A DNA stretch of 64,000 bases from Fidelibacterota bacterium (GTDB lineage Bacteria > Fidelibacterota > Marinisomatia > Marinisomatales > TCS55). The notes under the pieces were generated by a model. That model ran no database searches. It was not told the origin of the DNA and was given only the letters and a program-made list of their open reading frames with translations. This document shows, one piece after another, positions 20,105-31,300 of the stretch (position 1 is the first letter of the stretch; the number at the start of each line of letters is the position of its first letter). Made by a program: the position numbers and the translations under genes. Where the stretch lies: NCBI GenBank assembly GCA_046861385.1, contig JBHHTW010000009.1, positions 1 to 64,000 on the forward strand. Direction: 5' to 3'.

Positions 20105-20710
20105 ATGTCACCTCGATCCAAAGAACAGTTCAAAAAAATGCGCAATCAAAGCCGCACCCAAATAATAAGGGCTGCTTTGGATCAATTTATACAAAATGGA
20201 TATAGAGATACATCCATACAAATGATTGCTGTCAGCGCTGGAATATCAAAAGGATTAGTATATAATTATTTTGACAGCAAAGAGGCTATTTTAAAGGCGG
20301 TATTAGAAAACAGTTTTTCTGATATTGAGTCAAAATTAAAAATATTGAATTCGATTGGAGATCCGAGAAAAAGATTGGCTCATCATATAGAAAAGGCAGT
20401 AGAGAGCATTAAAAACAATCCCGGGTTTTGGAAAATGCATCATCAGTTATTAAGTAATCCATCAACAAATCCGATTATAAAAACTGAATTAATTAAATTC
20501 CTTTCTCTCGTACGAAAGTTTGTTGAAAAAATATTGAACGAGATTAGTTGTTCGAATCCTCATGAAAAAATACTCATATTTGAAGCAACCTTTGATGGTA
20601 TGATTAATCGATATATTTTGTCTGATGGTACTTATCCAATTGATATTGTCAAGAATCATTTAATAAACACCTATTGCCAAGTTGTTAATCATGATAGGAA
20701 AACACAATAA
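20105..20710 (+). CDS. TetR/AcrR-family regulator
   Basis: MSPRSKEQF; HTH GYRDTSIQMIAVSAGISKGLVYNYFDSKE. Confidence 0.95.
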   Translation: MSPRSKEQFKKMRNQSRTQIIRAALDQFIQNGYRDTSIQMIAVSAGISKGLVYNYFDSKEAILKAVLENSFSDIESKLKILNSIGDPRKRLAHHIEKAVESIKNNPGFWKMHHQLLSNPSTNPIIKTELIKFLSLVRKFVEKILNEISCSNPHEKILIFEATFDGMINRYILSDGTYPIDIVKNHLINTYCQVVNHDRKTQ

Positions 20711-20800
20711 TGGCATAAAGAGCTAATCCTCACTTAATGTTCACAAGACTCATTATTTAGTATTTGAATAAACAATTAAACTAAACGCAAGGAGTCAATT

Positions 20801-21757
20801 ATGAATAAACCACAAAAGAATACGATTTATTTCGTGTTAATTTTACTTTGCGGTTGTGTCAGTTTGGTCCCAATAAAAGTTGGACCGGCACCTGATCTCA
20901 AAATAGAACCTACAGTAGAGCGTGTTGCCCGGGGAGAGTATTTGGCAAATGCAGTCACGGGTTGTTTTGATTGTCATTCGGAACATAAATGGGATAATTT
21001 TGCCATTCCTATTGTAGAAGGAACAAAGGGAAAAGGTGGTGAATATTTCGGTGAAGAATTAGGGGTTCCTGGTACAATATGCCTTTCAAATATTACTCCA
21101 TATGGTCTGGGAGAATGGACAGATGGAGAGATTTTCCGGGCAATAGTTAGCGGTGTCAATAAAAATGGAGATGCCATTTTTCCTATGATGCCTTATATGA
21201 GTTATGCAACGATGGATGTGGAAGATATCTATTCAATAATAGCTTATTTGCGAACGCTTAAATCGATTCCCAGTACAACAGGAAAAAGCAAACTCAAGTT
21301 TCCTCTTCCATATATCATTCGAACCATGCCGAAAGAATATGTTTCACAAACAAAACCGGATCCATCAAACGAAGTTGAATACGGGAAATATTTGGTTGGA
21401 ATCGCCGGATGTGTTGGCTGCCACACGCCTATGGAAGGACATAATCCAATTAAAGGAATGGAGTTTGCCGGTGGATCAGACCACCCTATGCCTGGCGGAG
21501 CTTTGGTGAGGTCATCGAATTTAACCCCTGACAAAGAAACCGGAATTGGTGAATGGGAACGAGATGATTTTATCGATAGGTTTAAAGAATTTGCAACGCC
21601 TGATGCGAAAAATATACCGGTGGTTGACAATAAAAATACAACGATGGGTTGGACTTCGTACGCAGAAATGACAGAGGAAGATTTAGGCGCGATATATTCT
21701 TACCTGATGTCGTTGGAACCCATAAATAACGCAGTAGAACTATATCCGTTGGACTAA
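20801..21757 (+). CDS. Diheme c-type cytochrome, probable lipoprotein
   Basis: Two CxxCH motifs (CFDCH, CVGCH), RGEYL, NITP/NLTP, FPMMPY; lipobox-like LCGC; AAGGAG RBS. Confidence 0.9.
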   Translation: MNKPQKNTIYFVLILLCGCVSLVPIKVGPAPDLKIEPTVERVARGEYLANAVTGCFDCHSEHKWDNFAIPIVEGTKGKGGEYFGEELGVPGTICLSNITPYGLGEWTDGEIFRAIVSGVNKNGDAIFPMMPYMSYATMDVEDIYSIIAYLRTLKSIPSTTGKSKLKFPLPYIIRTMPKEYVSQTKPDPSNEVEYGKYLVGIAGCVGCHTPMEGHNPIKGMEFAGGSDHPMPGGALVRSSNLTPDKETGIGEWERDDFIDRFKEFATPDAKNIPVVDNKNTTMGWTSYAEMTEEDLGAIYSYLMSLEPINNAVELYPLD

Positions 21758-22131
21758 TTAACGGATACAGTTCAGACAATATGTTCACTATTCATTATCT
21801 GTTGCCGGGATTTTTGTGACTATGATATTTCAGATAGTGGAAAAGACTGTCAGAGGCATATCCACTGCCATGGTTTATGGCAGAGGGATGAACGCACCTG
21901 AAAATTTATTATTATAACGCCACCTTCTGATGGAAAGCAGTTATGGATTCAATGTAAGTCGGTAAAGGGGGAGAAATGAAGCGGATAGATTAATATGGTT
22001 GAAGATCCATAATATCAATCTCCATTCATTTGAATGGGAAAAGTTTTCCAATCGACTTGATTGTGGGTGCGATGGGTAAAACAAATCGATCAAAATGATG
22101 ATAGATTTACCATAGATTCCCTTCAATAATT

Positions 22132-22287
22132 ATGACAGTTAATAATGAGGATGTCCATTCGACCTATCGTAACATAGCGAATAAATATGACTTATTCTCT
22201 GACCTATTATTAGTTGGATTTAGGATTAAAGCTTATTGGAGAAAGGCCGTCGCTAAACTTAATCTTCCATGTATCATCAGGAAATAA
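22132..22287 (+). pseudogene. Truncated N-terminus of a UbiE-like SAM methyltransferase
   Basis: MTVNNEDVHSTYRNIANKYDLF...GFRIKAYWRKAVAKLNLP, ending before the SAM-binding motif; runs into the next ATG. Confidence 0.5.
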
Positions 22288-22973
22288 CTCGACATTTTAT
22301 TCAGTTGTCCAATCCGGACATCGCTCTTCACTCCCAACGTTTTTTCAAAACCGGAAAGAATGAATATGGTGAAGGAGACCTGTTTTTAGGCATCCGGGTT
22401 CCTGTTGTTCGAAAAGCTGTTAAAAAATTCAAACTTGCACCCATAAAAGCAATTGAAGAATTATTGCACTCGGAATACCATGAAATTCGACTCTTTTCTT
22501 TGTTATGGCTGGTAGATCGATTCAATAAAGCAACTCCCGATGACCAAGAAAATATTTATCACTTGTATATAAAAAACATGCCCTATATCAATAACTGGGA
22601 TTTAGTAGATAGTTCTGCCCATCATATCGTCGGTGCCTATCTTGAAAATAAAGATAAAACTTTATTGGATGATTGTTCAAAGTCAGATTCGCTTTGGTCG
22701 CGGCGCATTGCGATAATGGCTACCTTCTATTATATTAAAAGAAACCATTTCACAGATGCATTGCATATTTCAGAGACACTCTTGAATGATCCGGAGGATC
22801 TGATTCATAAGGCAGTTGGTTGGATGTTAAGGGAAATTGGAAAGCGAGATTTGAAAATAGAAACAGAATTTTTGAAGTCTCATTATAAACAAATGCCCCG
22901 AACGATGCTTCGTTATGCAATTGAAAAATTTAATTTCGAAGAACGGCATAAATACCTGAATGGTAATATTTGA
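22269..22973 (+). CDS. DNA alkylation repair protein (AlkD-like)
   Basis: RFFKTGKNEYGEGDLFLGIRVP, NNWDLVDSSA, DLIHKAVGWMLREIGK, MPRTMLRYAIE. Confidence 0.92.
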   Translation: MYHQEITRHFIQLSNPDIALHSQRFFKTGKNEYGEGDLFLGIRVPVVRKAVKKFKLAPIKAIEELLHSEYHEIRLFSLLWLVDRFNKATPDDQENIYHLYIKNMPYINNWDLVDSSAHHIVGAYLENKDKTLLDDCSKSDSLWSRRIAIMATFYYIKRNHFTDALHISETLLNDPEDLIHKAVGWMLREIGKRDLKIETEFLKSHYKQMPRTMLRYAIEKFNFEERHKYLNGNI

Positions 22974-22997
22974 CGTTTTTAAGGAGTTGATATAAGA

Positions 22998-23792
22998 ATG
23001 GAAATATTAAAAGATAGATATGCATTAATAACAGGAGCTTCCAGTGGACTGGGTGTGGATTTTGCAAATATTTTGGCATCTGCAGGTTGTCATTTGGTTC
23101 TGGTTGCCAGAAGGGAAAATCGCTTACTGAAAATTCAAAATCGAATCAGGGATAAATACGGTGTAAAAGTAGAAATCATCACTATGGATCTGGCCGTACC
23201 CAATGTGCCCCAAATATTATATAATCGTATCAGCGATATGGGAATGACCATTGATGTATTGATAAATAATGCCGGCGTGGGAGTTTATGGATATTTTATA
23301 GAAACCGAATGGGAAGGTGAAAAAAAGATGTTAAATCTGGATATGATCAATCTTGTCCATTTGACAAAGTTATTTGTCAAAGACATGGTTGAGAGAAATT
23401 TTGGCTATATTTTAAATTTAGCCTCCATCGGAGCGTACCAGCCAACACCATATTATTCAACCTATGCGGCAGCTAAGAGTTTTGTTCTTAGTTTTTCGGA
23501 AGCATTGAATTATGAACTCCGTAAAACAAACGTCAATGTAACGGCATTGTCTCCCGGGGTCACCGAAACAGAATTCATCGAAACTGCCGGACAAAAAGAA
23601 ATGAACTTTTATCAAAAAATGTCAGTAATGAAAAGTTACCCGGTTGCCTTGATGGGTATTGAAGCTATGCTCAAAGGAAAGCCAAGTAAAATAGCTGGTA
23701 TTAATAATGCTTTTTCAATTGTAGTACAAAGGCTATTTTCACGAAAATTCATTACAAGAATAACAAATTGGCTCATGAGAGTGGAATCATAA
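22998..23792 (+). CDS. Short-chain dehydrogenase/reductase
   Basis: TGASSGLG, LINNAG, catalytic YAAAK. Confidence 0.95.
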   Translation: MEILKDRYALITGASSGLGVDFANILASAGCHLVLVARRENRLLKIQNRIRDKYGVKVEIITMDLAVPNVPQILYNRISDMGMTIDVLINNAGVGVYGYFIETEWEGEKKMLNLDMINLVHLTKLFVKDMVERNFGYILNLASIGAYQPTPYYSTYAAAKSFVLSFSEALNYELRKTNVNVTALSPGVTETEFIETAGQKEMNFYQKMSVMKSYPVALMGIEAMLKGKPSKIAGINNAFSIVVQRLFSRKFITRITNWLMRVES

Positions 23793-24362
23793 TTGGAGTT
23801 GAATGAACATCCGGAAGATATCTTCCCAAAAGTTTTGATCGTAAACTCAACAATACCCGGGGATTCCATATTAAATGATTTACTTCATAAAATGGATTAC
23901 ATTGATTGCTACTCCTGTAACATCGGATTAGGTGGGAAATCTCTGCGAATGGAAGATGTAGGAAAAGCATTTTTTACATCAGAACCAACTTGGATAAAAC
24001 GCTTATTTGCCATCAGGAATAAACTGGTCAAAATGTTTGGTTTAAAAATACCAAAGGCTATAACCGATCGACAGAAATTACTGGATAACTTCAAGTGCAA
24101 TGTTGGAGAATCAATGGGGTTTTTTCAGGTTTTTGCAAAAAATGATCATGAACTCATTTTAGGTGAAGATGATAAACATTTGGACTTTCGTGTTTCGTTT
24201 TATCTTAATAATAATGGAATCAATCAAGACCTAATCGTAACGACTGTTGTTCAGTTTAACCAATGGGCTGGTAAATTGTATTTTTTATTTGTAAAGCCAT
24301 TCCATCGCCTTATCGTTCCAGCAATGGTCAGGGAAATGGTAAAGCAGCTGGAATCGAAATAG
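23793..24362 (+). CDS. DUF2867-like protein
   Basis: DYIDCY, PTWIKRLFAIRN, ELILGEDDKHLDFRVS, YFLFVKPFHRLIV; start codon uncertain. Confidence 0.8.
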   Translation: MELNEHPEDIFPKVLIVNSTIPGDSILNDLLHKMDYIDCYSCNIGLGGKSLRMEDVGKAFFTSEPTWIKRLFAIRNKLVKMFGLKIPKAITDRQKLLDNFKCNVGESMGFFQVFAKNDHELILGEDDKHLDFRVSFYLNNNGINQDLIVTTVVQFNQWAGKLYFLFVKPFHRLIVPAMVREMVKQLESK

Positions 24363-24476
24363 TTATATTAGGTGGAAAATAATTTTGAATATGAAATGAA
24401 TTGTTTCAACAGTCTATCATCAAGTAATTTTAAACGGAGTATCTTCTCAGGATCGTATTCAATCTCTAAAAGAAAA

Positions 24477-27400
24477 ATGAAATCATTTTATAAATTACTA
24501 TATTTTGCTAAAATAATTTTTGCAACAAGCAGCATCTTTCTGGCCTGCCTATACTCTCAGTCTGCTTCAATAAAAGTTGATCATATTACCATTAACGATG
24601 GGTTATCCCAAAGTACGGTTCATTCCATCTTACAGGACAGTAGGGGGTTTATGTGGTTTGGTACCCAGGATGGATTAAATAAATATGACGGATATTCTTT
24701 TACGATTTATAAACATGATCCCTATGATTCAACCACAATTTCTGATAATTATATTAGATGTATCTATGAAGATCATTCCGGAACGCTGTGGATCGGTACT
24801 GAGAATGGTGGATTAAACCGATTTAACAGAGGGAAAGAAATATTTGAAAATTTTCGTCACGATCCTGCAAAATCTAACAGTTTGGCCAATAATCATGTTT
24901 GGGATATCGTTGAAGATAACGATGGGTTCCTTTGGATTGGAACTTGGGGAGACGGTTTAGAGAAATTTGATATTCAAAAAAATAAATTCACGCACTTCCG
25001 GCATGATCCGAAAGATCCCAATAGCCTAAGTGATAATCGAGTCCGGTGTCTCTATTATGACCAAGAAGGATTCCTTTGGGTAGGAACAGAGGAGGGGGGA
25101 CTGAATCGTTTTAATCTGGGGAATAACACCTTTAAGCATTATCAACATAATCCGGATAATTCCTCTAGCATTAGCCACAATCTGATTCAGGATATCCGGG
25201 AAGACAATCAGGGAAATCTCTGGGTCGGGACCAAATACGGAATTAATCGCTTTAATCGCGAAAAAGAAACATTTACACGCCATTCTCTCACCCTTGATTG
25301 GCCTTGGACAGAAGTCACTTCCATTTTAGAAGATGTGGATGGATACCTTTGGATTGGAGCAGTCGGATACGGCCTTTGCAAGTTTGATTCCAAGACAGGG
25401 TCATTTCAATATTACACGCACAACCCCAATAACCCTTATAGTTTAAGCGAGAGTGGAATTCTCATTTTATACAGAGATAGGTCAGGGTTAATCTGGACAG
25501 GAACCCGCGGAGGCGGGCTTAATCAATTTGATCCGACACCGAAATTTAGGTATTATACTCACATTCCGAATGATCCCAACAGCTTAAGTGCACCCAGTAT
25601 CCGTGCAATATATGAAGATCAGGATAGCGTACTTTGGGTTGGTGTGTATGGAGGTTTGGATAAGTTTGATAGAAAAACCGGCTCCACAAAACATTTTAGC
25701 TTTGATATAAATAATCCCAACGGTATGCAAAATGACAACGTTTACGCCATCACAGAAGATATAGATGGGTCTCTTTGGATAGGGATCGAAGGCGGTGGAT
25801 TGTATCATTTTAATCAGCAATCAGAAATTTTTACCCCATATTTACACAGTGACAATGACCCATTCAGTATAGCAGGTGACTTTATTTTCAAATTGCTTAT
25901 GGATACGAACGGTAACCTTTGGATTGGAACAGATGCCGGTCTTTCTCAATTAACTCCTATAAACAAGAAGAAGGGGCGATTCATTAATTATACTTCAAGT
26001 TTGGGTGGGGCCACCGTCAATTCTATCATCCAAGCTCAACAGGGGTCGATTTGGGTTGGTACGGCCATGTCCGGGTTGTTCCGATTGGATATGGATACAG
26101 AGTCTTTTATCAATTATACGCATAGCGAAAGTAATCCTAGAACAATAAGCAGTGACCGGATCAAATGCATTTACCTGGATCAGTCCGATCATTTATGGAT
26201 TGGGACCAATGGTGGTGGCTTGAACCAGTTCGATTTCACCAGCCAAACATTTAAACATTATACAGAAAAAGATGGACTCCCCAACGATGTTGTATATGGT
26301 ATATTGGAGGATGACCATAAAAATCTCTGGTTAAGTACTAATAAAGGCATCTCAAAATTTAATCCTGCGGAAAATACTTTTAGAAACTTCGATATCCGGG
26401 ACGGACTTCAAAGCAATGAATTCAACACTGGCGCTTATTACAAAAGCTGGACAGGTGAAATGTTCTTCGGAGGTATCAGTGGATTGAATGCATTTTTCCC
26501 TGATAGAATTCAAGATGATATTTATTCACCTCCTATTGTTATTACTGACTTTCGAATACTCAATGAACCGGTACCTATAGGAGTTTGGGAAGGAAACCGC
26601 TCCATTCTTCAAAATTGCATTGCGGAAACAGATGTACTTACCCTTTCTTATAAAGATAGAGCTTTTTCCTTCATGTTTGTTGCTTTGGATTTCTCAGTTC
26701 CGGATAAAAATCAATATGCGTACAAAATGGAAGGCTTCGACCCAGATTGGATTAACACAGTTGCATCTAAACGGTTTGCTGCCTATACCCACTTACCAGC
26801 AGGAGAATATATTTTTAAAGTAAAGGGAACCAATCATGACGGCATATGGAATGAAGAAGGCGTATCCCTTCCTATAATCATTACACCGCCACCTTGGAAA
26901 ACATGGTGGGCATATTTTGCTTTCTATCTTGCAATTCTTGTTCTTTTCTTTGGAATCATCGAATGGAGATTTCGTCGAGTTAAAAAACAAACTGTATTAT
27001 TGGAACAACAAGTAGATGAAAGAACGATTGAAATCCAAAACCATAAAAAAGAAATTGAGCAACAGAATCAATTTTTACACAGCGTAATTGAATCTCTTTC
27101 TCAACCATTTTATGTCATAGACGCAAAGACTAATAAAACAATTTTAAAAAACAGTGCAGCAAAACAAAGAGCTGATTCTGGTGGAATTTATTGCCACTCC
27201 TTACTATTTGGTACAGACAAAACCTGTAATTTATCAGGAAATTTTTGTCCTCTTCCTGAGGTTAAGAAAACTAAAAAGCTTGTCAAATTCGAACGAGAGC
27301 ATGTAGACAGAAATGGAAAGACAAACTATGCAGAAATAACCGCCTTTCCGATTTTTGACAACAATGGAAATGTAGTTCAAATGATTGAATATTGGTCAGA

Positions 27401-27875
27401 TATTACTGCTCGAAAAGAACTGGAGAATACATTAAAAGAAAATCTGGAAAACAGAAATAAAAAACTAACATCCAAAGCAATGCGCATGACGAAAGATAGA
27501 GAGATATTGATTGACATTATGAATGAAGTGCAGACACTTTATGAAAAGAGCCAAGCCGAAAACAAATTTCAAATAAAAAGTATTATTTCCAAATTGAATG
27601 AGCAAATTGATTCAGGGACTGAATGGGATGAATTCGAATTATGGTTTCAGGAGGTTCACAGTGACTTTTACCAAAATCTTGGGGAAATATGTTCTGATCT
27701 CACACTAAGAGAACAGAAAATTTGTGCCTTTTTGAAATTGAACTTAAATACAAAAGAAATCGCCAGTCTCACGAACCTTACTGTGAAGACCATCGAGGTA
27801 TACCGATCACAACTTAGAAAAAAATTAAATATACAGCAGGGAGATAATCTGGTAAAGTTTATTTCTGATTTATAA
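24477..27875 (+). CDS. Transmembrane one-component regulator: beta-propeller repeats + Y_Y_Y + TM + PAS + LuxR HTH
   Basis: DGLSQSTV, many GxLWIGT blades, YAYKMEG..YTHLPAGEY, PPWKTWW-TM, PAS (DITARK), C-terminal LTLREQKICAFLKLNLNTKEIA..RSQLRKKL. No H-box or receiver domain. Start moved from 24372 to the ATG at 24477 (signal peptide). Confidence 0.88.
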   Translation: MKSFYKLLYFAKIIFATSSIFLACLYSQSASIKVDHITINDGLSQSTVHSILQDSRGFMWFGTQDGLNKYDGYSFTIYKHDPYDSTTISDNYIRCIYEDHSGTLWIGTENGGLNRFNRGKEIFENFRHDPAKSNSLANNHVWDIVEDNDGFLWIGTWGDGLEKFDIQKNKFTHFRHDPKDPNSLSDNRVRCLYYDQEGFLWVGTEEGGLNRFNLGNNTFKHYQHNPDNSSSISHNLIQDIREDNQGNLWVGTKYGINRFNREKETFTRHSLTLDWPWTEVTSILEDVDGYLWIGAVGYGLCKFDSKTGSFQYYTHNPNNPYSLSESGILILYRDRSGLIWTGTRGGGLNQFDPTPKFRYYTHIPNDPNSLSAPSIRAIYEDQDSVLWVGVYGGLDKFDRKTGSTKHFSFDINNPNGMQNDNVYAITEDIDGSLWIGIEGGGLYHFNQQSEIFTPYLHSDNDPFSIAGDFIFKLLMDTNGNLWIGTDAGLSQLTPINKKKGRFINYTSSLGGATVNSIIQAQQGSIWVGTAMSGLFRLDMDTESFINYTHSESNPRTISSDRIKCIYLDQSDHLWIGTNGGGLNQFDFTSQTFKHYTEKDGLPNDVVYGILEDDHKNLWLSTNKGISKFNPAENTFRNFDIRDGLQSNEFNTGAYYKSWTGEMFFGGISGLNAFFPDRIQDDIYSPPIVITDFRILNEPVPIGVWEGNRSILQNCIAETDVLTLSYKDRAFSFMFVALDFSVPDKNQYAYKMEGFDPDWINTVASKRFAAYTHLPAGEYIFKVKGTNHDGIWNEEGVSLPIIITPPPWKTWWAYFAFYLAILVLFFGIIEWRFRRVKKQTVLLEQQVDERTIEIQNHKKEIEQQNQFLHSVIESLSQPFYVIDAKTNKTILKNSAAKQRADSGGIYCHSLLFGTDKTCNLSGNFCPLPEVKKTKKLVKFEREHVDRNGKTNYAEITAFPIFDNNGNVVQMIEYWSDITARKELENTLKENLENRNKKLTSKAMRMTKDREILIDIMNEVQTLYEKSQAENKFQIKSIISKLNEQIDSGTEWDEFELWFQEVHSDFYQNLGEICSDLTLREQKICAFLKLNLNTKEIASLTNLTVKTIEVYRSQLRKKLNIQQGDNLVKFISDL

Positions 27876-28047
27876 TTTTTCCTTCAAATTTTTCATTTCG
27901 CCAGTTCATAAGTATTTGGGTTTCCAATTCCCTTTCTTTCTGAACGATCTTTTCATTTTTTTCTTTTCAATCTATAGTAACGCTGTCGATAACTAATTAT
28001 CTGGTGATCTCCTTCACGTAATTAGTAAAAGTATCATTTTTATGCGA

Positions 28048-28087
28048 TATAGTGGTTTTTTTAAGGTGTATAGTGGTTTTCATAAGG
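28048..28087 (+). promoter_or_regulatory. Tandem direct repeat with 21-bp period, candidate activator site
   Basis: TATAGTGGTTTTTTTAAGG (28048) and TATAGTGGTTTTCATAAGG (28069), 17/19 identical. Confidence 0.55.
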
Positions 28088-28367
28088 CAGGTGTTAAAAT
28101 AATGGGGTGTAAAGTTTCTGCAGATAAAATGAGCCTAACGGAACCAATGAAACAACTCAACCAATCTCGAAAAGAGACGGAAAACTTCAATTCTAATATT
28201 GGTAATAGTGCATTGACCCGGTCGAATAAACAAAAAATCGACAAGGCAAAAGCAGAAGTAAAAATATTGAAAAAATTTATCAACAATAGCCAAACAGAAT
28301 ATGGCAATAATGATAAACGAATTAAATGAACAAAACAATCAACTAAAATAATAGGAGAATAACAGAT

Positions 28368-31300
28368 ATGAAAATATCCAGATATATAATACTGACCTGT
28401 CTCATGGTATTAAGTACTATGAGTTTTTTGCAGGCACAAAATAGTGTTAGCAGGACGGCTTGGGAAATGAACCGGGGCGCAGGCTGGTCCTATCTTGGTT
28501 TTACACTAACGAGCCATGGGGAGATTAGCGCATACAACAACGCTATTATTCCGGCTACGACCGATCCAAACTGGGAACCAGCTCCAAATCCGGAAACAAT
28601 CGGATTTTCCGAGGCATCCATCCTTCCTGGCAACTGCCTTTCGTCTGTGGACTATACGTATTTCCAAACGTTCGTAAATGTACCTACCAATACAACCGTT
28701 ACACAATTCACCATTGCATTCTCGGGGATTGATGACGGTGGTCGGGTTACAATTTACAATTCGGCTAATCCGAGCGGCATAGTCGTACCAGGCAGTTACG
28801 TATACTTGGGCGGCACCGGAACTTCAGACTTGGCAAGCTACATCGTTCAAGGTGAAAACCGAATCGTTGTTACTCAGGTAGATGACTGCCCAACTGGGAA
28901 TAATTTACAAGTTGCAAATGTTGTCCTTAATGGTCAGACGGTTACCCCCCCAGTTGCTACTGTACAGACCCTTACAATGATCGGTGGTTCTGGTGTTGTA
29001 GGTGATATTGATCCATATATTGATGCATCTTTGGATGGTGGTCAGACCTGGGGACCTGCCTACCTGACCGGATGGCATCCTTGGGGTTTTGTAGCCGGTA
29101 CAAACTCTTGGGTAAATTTCGACCCTGATAATACAGTAGGAATAAATAGCACGACAGATTATCGCATACAGTTTTACATACCATCAACTTTTTCTAATCC
29201 CACAATGACGTTTCAATTAAAGGCTGATAATGAAGGGATCGTTTCAATAAATGGCACTCAAGTTGCTGACGTTGTAGGACAAGGCGGCGGTTCTGTACCA
29301 GACCTGACGGTTAACCAAGCTCTTCATACGGGATTGAATGAAATTACAATTCAATTAATCGATTGGGGTGGAATCGTTGGATTAAATTATAGTGTAGAAC
29401 TAACGATGGAATCTGATCAAGATTTTCAACTACAACCTGCTGAGAATGTAAGTAATCAGGCTCCAGTTGCAGTTGCCGGCGTAGACCAATCTTTTGATTG
29501 CGTAATCGGAAACCAGTCAGTTACTTTTGATGGTTCTGGTTCTTCCGATCCCGATGGTGATCCACTTACTTATTCCTGGTCAGATGGTACTTCAGAAGTT
29601 TCGACAGCTGCTTCTTTTACAACTGCATTAGGTGCGGGAGCACACACATTTACACTAACTGTTGATGATGGTAACGGTGGAACGACCAGTGACGAAGTGG
29701 TTATTACAGTTAATGCAGACGAAGTTGCCCCAGTCCTTACCCTGATTGGTGATAATCCTATTCAAACTGTTTGCCACTTTGGATACACCGATCCAGGTGT
29801 AACAGTCGAGGATAATTGCGATACAAATCCGACCGTCGTTATGGATACATCATTAGTAGATACATTGGCTGTTGGTTCATATATCGTAACCTACACTGCA
29901 ACCGATGCCAGTGGTAACACAGTTTCAGTTGAACGGACAGTAGAAGTGACCAATAATGCACCGGTTGTAGATAATGCAGTAGGTGGAGTGACTCTTGAGT
30001 TTGGCGGTGTATTAACAACAACCATTGATTTAACCACAATATTCAGCGATGCAGACGAACATGCACTCACTTTTAGTGCAACTAATTCAGATGCTTCCTT
30101 TGCTTCTTCATCCATCACCGGGTCTCTATTGACCCTGGATGCAGTTGATTTGGGTTCATCGGACATTACCGTTACGGCAACAGATGTTTGTGGTGCCAGT
30201 GTAACCGATATGTTTACAGTAAATGTGGATGTGGTTGAAGACCTGGCTCTTTCAGTGATTTTTGCATCAAACAGTACCCAGTTGAAAAAAGAAGTTGATG
30301 TATCCTCAGGTAACATTTTGGTCAATAATGTATTGATCAATGACGATGACGATGACGATGATGGGGATGACCATGATGATGGGGATGACCATGATGATGA
30401 TTCATTTGAACTAAAGATCGATAAGAAGGTAAATATTGCATCAGGCTTTGTAGTCAAAGCAAATCGGATTGAGATTAAAAAAGATTCTGATGTAGACAGT
30501 GATGTTTATTACAACGAACTGGACAATGATGGAGATATTAACGGTGTGGAATTTTACCCGTTAAGTACACCATTATTTGTTTCTTTTCCTCCTTTCAAGT
30601 CTGCCCCTGCAGGAAGTCAGAATATAAAGGTGGATAAAAACCAGACTGTTGTATTGGCTCCCGGTGATTATGGTAAGATAGAAGTGAAAGATAATGGTTC
30701 ACTGACTTTCTCTGGTGGAGTATATAATGTCAAATCCATTAAACTTAAAAAGAAAGGCAAACTTCGGATAGAAGGTGAAGTGGAAGTCCGAGTAGAGAAA
30801 TCACTTGAGACTGGAAAGGAAGCCTATGTGGGTCCGGCCAATGGTTCTATGGTTGAACCTTCAGATATCATATTTTACGTCGCAGGAGCCGGTGAACATG
30901 ATCATCAAAAAGTGAAGTTTGAAAAGAAAGGGACAATCTATGGAACTATCTATGCACCCAACAGCAAGATTGATGTAAAAGAAGAGGTTGATGTTATTGG
31001 TGCCCTTTACGGTTTTGAAGTGAAAGTAGATAAAAAAGCCAATTTAACCCTGGACAGTTTCTTTGATCTTTCCGGAGCCGGAAACTCAGCCAAGCAGATG
31101 GCATGGTCATCAGAACCAGAATTTGAAACAATTCCGACAGAGTTTTCTCTGAGTCAGAACTATCCAAATCCATTCAATCCGAGTACAACCATCAGTTATG
31201 CATTATCTGATGAAGGATTTGTGAGTATTAAAGTGTTCGACCTATTGGGCAGGGAAGTCGCTTCATTGGTTAACAGGACACAAGATGCAGGCAGGTATCA

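Noticed and set aside
28042-28329. 95-aa ORF upstream of the secreted protein
   Set aside because: No recognisable motif or RBS, and it overlaps the direct-repeat site; a shorter ORF from 28129 cannot be excluded.
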